Below, piece after piece: positions 27,001 to 32,291 of a stretch of 32,291 nt of DNA. Source of the stretch: a virus (Duplodnaviria > Heunggongvirae > Uroviricota > Caudoviricetes). The first letter of the stretch is position 1. The number at the start of each line of letters is the position of its first letter. Location of the stretch: IMG/VR virus record IMGVR_UViG_2925939204_000003, positions 1 through 32,291 of that record, one strand, 5' to 3'. A program made the position numbers and the translations under genes. Below the pieces are notes generated by a model, which saw only the letters and a list, made by a program, of their open reading frames with translations, was not told the DNA's origin and searched no databases.

Positions 27001-27563
27001 CTGCATTTTCCCTGACACCGGACGGGCGGCTGACGGCGAAAAATGCCGATATCAGCGGTAACGTGAATGCGAACTCCGGGACGCTCAACAACGTCACGAT
27101 TAACGAGAACTGTCGGGTTCTGGGAAAATTGTCCGCCAACCAGATTGAAGGCGATCTCGTTAAAACAGTGGGCAAAGCTTTCCCCCGGGACTCCCGTGCA
27201 CCGGAACGGTGGCCATCAGGGACCATCACCGTCAGGGTTTATGACGATCAGCCGTTTGACCGGCAGATTGTTATTCCGGCGGTGGCATTCAGCGGCGCTA
27301 AACATGAGCGGGAGAATAACGATATTTATTCGTCATGCCGCCTGATAGTACGGAAAAACGGTGCTGAAATTTATAACCGTACCGCGCTGGATAATACGCT
27401 GATTTACAGTGGTGTTATTGATATGCCAGCTGGTCGCGGCCACATGACGCTGGAGTTTTCGGTGTCATCATGGCTGGTAAATGACTGGTATCCCACAGCA
27501 AGTATCAGCGATTTGCTGGTTGTGGTGATGAAGAAAGCCACCGCAGGCATCAGTATTCGTTGA
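24084..27563 (+). CDS. Central tail fibre / host specificity protein J
   Basis: 1159 aa, N-terminus [26 protein letters not shown] like lambda J. Confidence 0.9.
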   Translation: MGKGSSKGHTPREAKDNLKSTQLLSVIDAISEGPIEGPVDGLKSVLLNSTPVLDSDGNTNIAGVTVVFRAGEQEQTPPEGFESSGSETVLGTEVKYDTPITRAITSANIDRLRFTFGVQALVETTSKGDRNPSEVRLLVQIQRNGGWVTEKDITIKGKTTSQYLASVVVDNLPPRPFNIRMRRMTPDSTTDQLQNKTLWSSYTEIIDVKQCYPNTALVGVQVDSEQFGSQQVSRNYHLRGRILQVPSNYNPQTRQYSGIWDGTFKPAYSNNMAWCLWDMLTHPRYGMGKRLGAADVDKWALYVIGQNCDQSVPDGFGGTEPRITCNAWLTTQRKAWDVLSDFCSAMRCMPVWNGQTLTFVQDRPSDKVWTYNRSNVVMPDDGAPFRYSFSALKDRHNAVEVNWIDPDNGWETATELVEDTQAILRYGRNVTKMDAFGCTSRGQAHRAGLWLIKTELLETQTVDFSVGAEGLRHVPGDVIEICDDDYAGISTGGRVLAVNSQTRTLTLDREITLPSSGTTLISLVDGSGNPVSVEVQSVTDGVKVKVSRVPDGVAGYSVWGLKLPTLRQRLFRCVSIRENDDGTYAITAVQHVPEKEAIVDNGAHFDGDQSGTVNGVTPPAVQHLTAEVTADSGEYQVLARWDTPKVVKGVSFMLRLTVAADDGSERLVSTARTTETTYRFRQLALGRYTLTVRAVNARGQQGDPASVSFRIAAPAAPSRIELTPGYFQITATPHLAVYDPTVQFEFWFSEKRIADIRQVETTARYLGTALYWIAASINIRPGHNYYFYVRSVNTVGKSAFVEAVGQPSDDASGYLNFFKGEIGKTHLAQELWTQIDNGQLAPDLAEIRTSITDVSNEITQTVNKKLEDQSAAIQQIQKVQVDTNNNLNSMWAVKLQQMQDGRLYIAGIGAGIENTPDGMQSQVLLAADRIAMINPANGNTKPMFVGQGDQIFMNEVFLKYLTAPTITSGGNPPAFSLTPDGRLTAKNADISGNVNANSGTLNNVTINENCRVLGKLSANQIEGDLVKTVGKAFPRDSRAPERWPSGTITVRVYDDQPFDRQIVIPAVAFSGAKHERENNDIYSSCRLIVRKNGAEIYNRTALDNTLIYSGVIDMPAGRGHMTLEFSVSSWLVNDWYPTASISDLLVVVMKKATAGISIR

Positions 27564-27584
27564 AATTGTTATAACCCATATAAG

Positions 27585-27608
27585 GGCGCCAGAAATGGCG
27601 CCTTTTTT
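27585..27608 (+). terminator. Intrinsic terminator after J
   Basis: GGCGCC-agaaat-GGCGCC followed by TTTTTT. Confidence 0.65.
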
Positions 27609-27632
27609 ATTGCAGAAAAGCGAGAGGTAATT

Positions 27633-28232
27633 ATGCGTAAAGTTTGTGCAGCCATTTTGTCCGCAGCCATCTGTCTGGCCGTATCCGGTGCGCCTGCATG
27701 GGCGTCTGAGCAGCAGGCCACGCTGAGCGCAGGGTATCTTCATGCCCGTACGAACGCTTCCGGCAGCGATAATCTGAACGGGATTAACGTGAAATACCGT
27801 TATGAGTTTACGGACACGCTGGGGCTGATTACGTCATTCAGTTATGCCAACGCTGAAGATGAGCAAAAAACGCATTACAGCGATACCCGCTGGCATGAGG
27901 ATTCCGTGCGTAATCGCTGGTTCAGCGTGATGGCGGGGCCGTCTGTGCGCGTGAATGAATGGTTCAGCGCGTATGCGATGGCGGGTATGGCTTACAGCCG
28001 TGTGTCGACTTTCTCCGGGGATTATCTCCGCGTAACTGACAACAAGGGGAAAAAGCACGATGTGCTGACCGGAAGTGATGACGGTCGCCACAGCAACACG
28101 TCTCTGGCGTGGGGAGCTGGCGTGCAGTTTAACCCGACCGAATCCGTGGCCATTGATGTCGCTTATGAAGGCTCCGGCAGTGGTGACTGGCGCACTGACG
28201 GGTTCATCGTGGGTGTTGGTTATAAATTCTGA
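27633..28232 (+). CDS. lom: Lom-like outer membrane protein (Ail/Lom family)
   Basis: Signal peptide; C-terminus YEGSGSGDWRTDGFIVGVGYKF matches recalled lambda Lom. Confidence 0.85.
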   Translation: MRKVCAAILSAAICLAVSGAPAWASEQQATLSAGYLHARTNASGSDNLNGINVKYRYEFTDTLGLITSFSYANAEDEQKTHYSDTRWHEDSVRNRWFSVMAGPSVRVNEWFSAYAMAGMAYSRVSTFSGDYLRVTDNKGKKHDVLTGSDDGRHSNTSLAWGAGVQFNPTESVAIDVAYEGSGSGDWRTDGFIVGVGYKF

Positions 28233-28259
28233 TTAGCCAGGTAACACAGTGTTATGACA

Positions 28260-28285
28260 GCCCGCCGGTTCAGGCGGGCTTTTTT
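28260..28285 (+). terminator. Intrinsic terminator after lom
   Basis: GCCCGCC-ggttca-GGCGGGC followed by TTTTTT. Confidence 0.7.
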
Positions 28286-28296
28286 GTGGGGTGAAT

Positions 28297-31200
28297 ATGG
28301 CAGTAAAAATTTCAGGTGTACTGAAAGACGGCACAGGAAAACCGGTACAGAACTGCACAATCCAGCTGAAAGCAAAACGTAACAGTACCACGGTGGTGGT
28401 GAACACGCTGGCCTCAGAAAATCCGGATGAAGCCGGGCGTTACAGCATGGACGTTGAGTACGGTCAGTACAGCGTTATTTTGTTGGTGGAGGGATTCCCG
28501 CCGTCACATGCCGGGACCATCACCGTGTATGAAGATTCTCAACCCGGTACGCTGAATGATTTTCTCGGTGCCATGACGGAGGATGATGCCCGTCCGGAGG
28601 CACTGCGCCGCTTTGAACTGATGGTGGAAGAGGTGGCGCGTAACGCGTCCGCAGTGGCGCAGAACACAGCAGCCGCGAAGAAGTCAGCCAGCGATGCCAG
28701 CACATCAGCCCGTGAGGCGGCAACCCATGCGACTGATGCTGCAGGCTCAGCACGTGCAGCCAGCACATCAGCCGGGCAGGCCGCGACGTCGGCTCAGTCA
28801 GCGTCTTCCAGCGCAGGAACGGCATCAACAAAGGCTACTGAAGCATCAAAAAGTGCTGCCGCTGCAGAGTCCTCAAAAAGCGCGGCAGCTACCAGTGCCA
28901 GTGCCGCGAAAACGTCAGAAACGAATGCGGCAGCGTCACAAAAATCTGCAGCCACTTCTGCATCCACCGCGACCACGAAAGCGTCAGAAGCTGCCACCTC
29001 AGCCCGGGATGCGGCGGCCTCAAAAGAGGCAGCGAAATCATCAGAAACGAGCGCAGCCTCGAGCGCCAGCAGCGCAGCTTCCTCGGCAACGGCGGCAGGA
29101 AATTCCGCGAAGGCGGCAAAGACGTCCGAGACGAACGCCAGGTCTTCTGAAACGGCAGCGGGACAGAGTGCCTCAGCTGCGGCAGGCTCAAAAACAGCGG
29201 CTGCATCATCTGCCAGTGCCGCGTCAACAAGTGCCGGGCAGGCCTCAGCCAGTGCCACCGCTGCCGGAAAGTCGGCAGAAAGTGCTGCATCGTCTGCTTC
29301 AACAGCCACAACGAAGGCTGGCGAAGCCGCTGTACAGGCCAGCGCAGCAGCGAGGTCAGCTTCCGCAGCGAAGACATCCGAGACGAACGCGAAAGCGTCG
29401 GAAACCAGCGCAGAATCCTCAAAAACGGCTGCCGCATCATCCGCCAGTTCGGCGGCGTCATCGGCATCATCGGCGTCTGCTTCAAAAGATGAGGCGACCA
29501 GACAGGCGTCAGCAGCGAAGGGCAGCGCCACGACGGCATCCACAAAGGCGACAGAGGCTGCTGGCAGTGCGACAGCGGCAGCACAGAGCAAAAGTACGGC
29601 AGAATCCGCAGCAACGCGCGCTGAGACAGCGGCAAAACGGGCAGAGGATATTGCATCCGCCGTGGCGCTTGAGGATGCGAGCACGACGAAAAAGGGGATA
29701 GTACAGCTCAGCAGTGCGACCAACAGCACTTCCGAGTCACTGGCGGCAACGCCAAAGGCAGTAAAAGCAGCCTATGACAATGCAGAGAAACGTCTGCAGA
29801 AAGACCAGAACGGCGCTGATATACCCGATAAGGTACGCTTCCTGAACAACATTAACGCGGTCAGTAAAACAGACTTTGCTGATAAGCGTGGTATGCGTTA
29901 TGTGCGGGTTAACGCTCCTGCAGGTGCAACATCTGGAAAATATTACCCTGTTGTTGTTATGCGTTCTGCTGGCTCAGTAAGCGAACTGGCATCAAGGGTC
30001 ATTATCACCACGGCAACGCGAACCGCAGGCGATCCGATGAATAACTGCGAGTTTAACGGATTTGTTATGCCTGGTGGCTGGACTGACAGGGGGCGTTATG
30101 CTTATGGAATGTTCTGGCAATATCAAAACAATGAACGAGCCATCCACTCAATAATGATGAGTAATAAGGGCGATGATTTGCGCTCTGTGTTCTATGTTGA
30201 TGGCGCTGCTTTCCCTGTTTTTGCGTTCATCGAAGATGGCCTGTCAATATCCGCACCTGGTGCTGATCTCGTTGTTAATGATACGACCTATAAGTTTGGG
30301 GCAACAAATCCAGCGACTGAATGTATCGCGGCGGACGTTATCCTTGATTTTAAGAGTGGGCGTGGTTTTTATGAGTCCCATTCGTTAATCGTTAACGATA
30401 ACTTGTCGTGCAAAAAACTTTTTGCCACAGACGAAATTGTAGCGCGTGGTGGTAATCAGATTCGAATGATAGGTGGGGAGTATGGTGCATTATGGCGTAA
30501 TGATGGCGCTAAAACTTACCTGCTGCTTACCAATCAAGGTGATGTTTATGGTGGCTGGAATACATTAAGACCGTTTGCTATTGATAACGCAACCGGCGAA
30601 CTGGTTATTGGAACCAAACTGTCCGCAAGTCTGAACGGTAATGCATTAACAGCAACAAAGCTGCAAACGCCAAGACTGGTTTCTGGTGTTGAGTTTGATG
30701 GTTCCAAAGATATTACTTTAACCGCCGCGCATGTGGCTGCTTTTGCCAGAAGGGCAACGGATACATATGCCGATGCGGATGGTGGCGTTCCCTGGAATGC
30801 CGAATCAGGCGCTTATAATGTCACCCGCTCTGGCGACAGCTATATTCTGGTTAACTTCTATACCGGAGTCGGAAGTTGCCGGACCCTGCAGATGAAGGCG
30901 CATTACAGAAATGGTGGTCTGTTCTACCGTTCTTCAAGAGATGGCTATGGTTTTGAGGAAGACTGGGCAGAAGTTTATACCTCGAAAAATCTTCCACCAG
31001 AAAGCTACCCAGTCGGCGCACCAATCCCGTGGCCATCAGATACCGTTCCGTCTGGTTATGCCCTGATGCAGGGGCAGACTTTTGACAAATCTGCCTACCC
31101 GAAACTTGCTGCCGCTTATCCGTCAGGCGTGATCCCTGATATGCGTGGCTGGACGATTAAGGGCAAACCTGCCAGTGGTCGTGCCGTATTGTCTCAGGAA

Positions 31201-31710
31201 CAGGACGGCATTAAATCGCACACCCACAGCGCCAGCGCATCCAGTACGGATTTGGGGACGAAAACCACATCGTCGTTTGATTACGGCACTAAATCCACGA
31301 ATAACACCGGGGCGCATACGCACAGTCTGAGTGGCTCTACGGGGTCTGCCGGTGCTCATACTCATGGTAATGGTATTCGTTGGCCAGGAGGCGGCGGTTC
31401 TGCGTTAGCATTTTATGATGGCGGTGGGTTCACTTATGTCAAGGATTCACAGTATCAAGTAAGCCCGGGGACTTCTTCCAGTAGATCGTATTATCAACGT
31501 ATTCAGACACAGTCAGCAGGTGCTCATACCCACTCGCTGTCTGGTACTGCAGCAAGTTCTGGCGCACATGCACATACTGTAGGTATTGGTGCGCATACGC
31601 ACTCGGTTGCGATTGGCTCACATGGACACACCATCACCGTTAACGCTGCTGGTAACGCGGAAAACACCGTCAAAAACATCGCATTTAACTATATTGTGAG
31701 GCTCGCATAA
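28297..31710 (+). CDS. stf: Side tail fibre protein Stf
   Basis: N-terminus [26 protein letters not shown] and C-terminus [18 protein letters not shown] match recalled lambda Stf; central Ala/Ser-rich repeats; His-x-His repeats near C-terminus. Confidence 0.85.
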   Translation: MAVKISGVLKDGTGKPVQNCTIQLKAKRNSTTVVVNTLASENPDEAGRYSMDVEYGQYSVILLVEGFPPSHAGTITVYEDSQPGTLNDFLGAMTEDDARPEALRRFELMVEEVARNASAVAQNTAAAKKSASDASTSAREAATHATDAAGSARAASTSAGQAATSAQSASSSAGTASTKATEASKSAAAAESSKSAAATSASAAKTSETNAAASQKSAATSASTATTKASEAATSARDAAASKEAAKSSETSAASSASSAASSATAAGNSAKAAKTSETNARSSETAAGQSASAAAGSKTAAASSASAASTSAGQASASATAAGKSAESAASSASTATTKAGEAAVQASAAARSASAAKTSETNAKASETSAESSKTAAASSASSAASSASSASASKDEATRQASAAKGSATTASTKATEAAGSATAAAQSKSTAESAATRAETAAKRAEDIASAVALEDASTTKKGIVQLSSATNSTSESLAATPKAVKAAYDNAEKRLQKDQNGADIPDKVRFLNNINAVSKTDFADKRGMRYVRVNAPAGATSGKYYPVVVMRSAGSVSELASRVIITTATRTAGDPMNNCEFNGFVMPGGWTDRGRYAYGMFWQYQNNERAIHSIMMSNKGDDLRSVFYVDGAAFPVFAFIEDGLSISAPGADLVVNDTTYKFGATNPATECIAADVILDFKSGRGFYESHSLIVNDNLSCKKLFATDEIVARGGNQIRMIGGEYGALWRNDGAKTYLLLTNQGDVYGGWNTLRPFAIDNATGELVIGTKLSASLNGNALTATKLQTPRLVSGVEFDGSKDITLTAAHVAAFARRATDTYADADGGVPWNAESGAYNVTRSGDSYILVNFYTGVGSCRTLQMKAHYRNGGLFYRSSRDGYGFEEDWAEVYTSKNLPPESYPVGAPIPWPSDTVPSGYALMQGQTFDKSAYPKLAAAYPSGVIPDMRGWTIKGKPASGRAVLSQEQDGIKSHTHSASASSTDLGTKTTSSFDYGTKSTNNTGAHTHSLSGSTGSAGAHTHGNGIRWPGGGGSALAFYDGGGFTYVKDSQYQVSPGTSSSRSYYQRIQTQSAGAHTHSLSGTAASSGAHAHTVGIGAHTHSVAIGSHGHTITVNAAGNAENTVKNIAFNYIVRLA
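28650..29650 (+). repeat. Ala/Ser/Thr-rich low-complexity coding repeats within stf (AAKTSETNA motif x3)
   Basis: Repeated peptide and nucleotide motifs; source of long shadow ORFs on both strands. Confidence 0.6.
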
Positions 31711-32291
31711 TGGCATTCAGAATGAGTGAACAAGCACGGACCATAAAAATTTATAACCTGCTGGCCGGAACTAATGAATTTATTGGTGAAGGTGACGCAT
31801 ATATTCCGCCTCATACAGGTCTGCCTGCAAACAGTACCGATATTGCACCGCCAGATATTCCGGCAGGCTTCGTGGCTGTTTTCAACAGTGATGAGGCATC
31901 GTGGCATCTCGTTGAAGACCATCGTGGTAAAACGGTCTATGACGTGGCTTCCGGCGACGCGTTATTTATTTCTGAACTCGGCTCATTACCGGAAAATGTC
32001 ACCTGGTTATCCCCGGAAGGGGAGTTTCAGAAGTGGAACGGCACAGCCTGGGTGAAAGATGCAGAAGCAGAAAAACTGTTCCGGATCCGGGAGGCGGAAG
32101 AAACAAAAAACAGCCTGATGCAGGTAGCCAGCGAGCATATTGCGCCGCTTCAGGATGCTGCAGATCTGGAAATTGCAACGGAGGAAGAAACCTCATTGCT
32201 GGAAGCCTGGAAAAAGTATCGGGTGTTGCTGAACCGTGTTAATACAACAACTGCACCGGATATTGAATGGCCAGTAGCACCTATAGGGTAA
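31710..32291 (+). CDS. tfa: Tail fibre assembly protein Tfa
   Basis: [37 protein letters not shown] matches recalled lambda Tfa; start overlaps stf stop (TAATG). Confidence 0.85.
   Translation: MAFRMSEQARTIKIYNLLAGTNEFIGEGDAYIPPHTGLPANSTDIAPPDIPAGFVAVFNSDEASWHLVEDHRGKTVYDVASGDALFISELGSLPENVTWLSPEGEFQKWNGTAWVKDAEAEKLFRIREAEETKNSLMQVASEHIAPLQDAADLEIATEEETSLLEAWKKYRVLLNRVNTTTAPDIEWPVAPIG

Noticed and set aside
28694-29729. Long overlapping ORFs (335 aa Arg/Pro/Gln-rich on +; 311 aa and 255 aa Ala-rich on -) inside stf
   Set aside because: Shadow frames of the GC-rich Ala/Ser repeat region; the stf frame is the one with lambda Stf similarity

Overview
The window runs from a host gene (mtfA, minus strand) and tRNA-Ser(CGA) serU into a lambdoid prophage integrated next to serU, which continues past the right edge. 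Order on the + strand: integrase/excisionase; a leftward early operon that is Qin/dicB-like (ydfA-ydfB-ydfC-DicF sRNA-dicB-ydfD-exonuclease); a P22 C2/lambda CI-like repressor with divergent Cro-like gene and GTAAC-N4-GTTAC operators; a replication initiator gene with internal iterons; a cargo block (QueH-like DUF208 enzyme, hok/sok-like toxin locus, lipoprotein); DUF968, RusA and a Q-position regulator with a pR'/tR'-like promoter-terminator pair; four clustered tRNAs; a phage-21-type lysis cassette (pinholin, SAR endolysin, Rz/Rz1) with an extra ORF; a GNAT acetyltransferase on the opposite strand; then lambda-like tail genes (G/GT with an A-AAA-AAG frameshift site, tape measure, M, L, K, I, J, lom, stf, tfa). 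No terminase, portal, capsid or major tail genes lie between lysis and tail chaperone genes, so the prophage looks defective for packaging and head assembly. I did not find a clear multi-gene novel system; the best candidates for follow-up are the prophage-borne QueH-like gene, the repressor-controlled dicBF module, the structured non-coding stretch after the tRNAs, and the unassigned ORF inside the lysis cassette. All calls are from reading the sequence and recalled family features; no searches were run.
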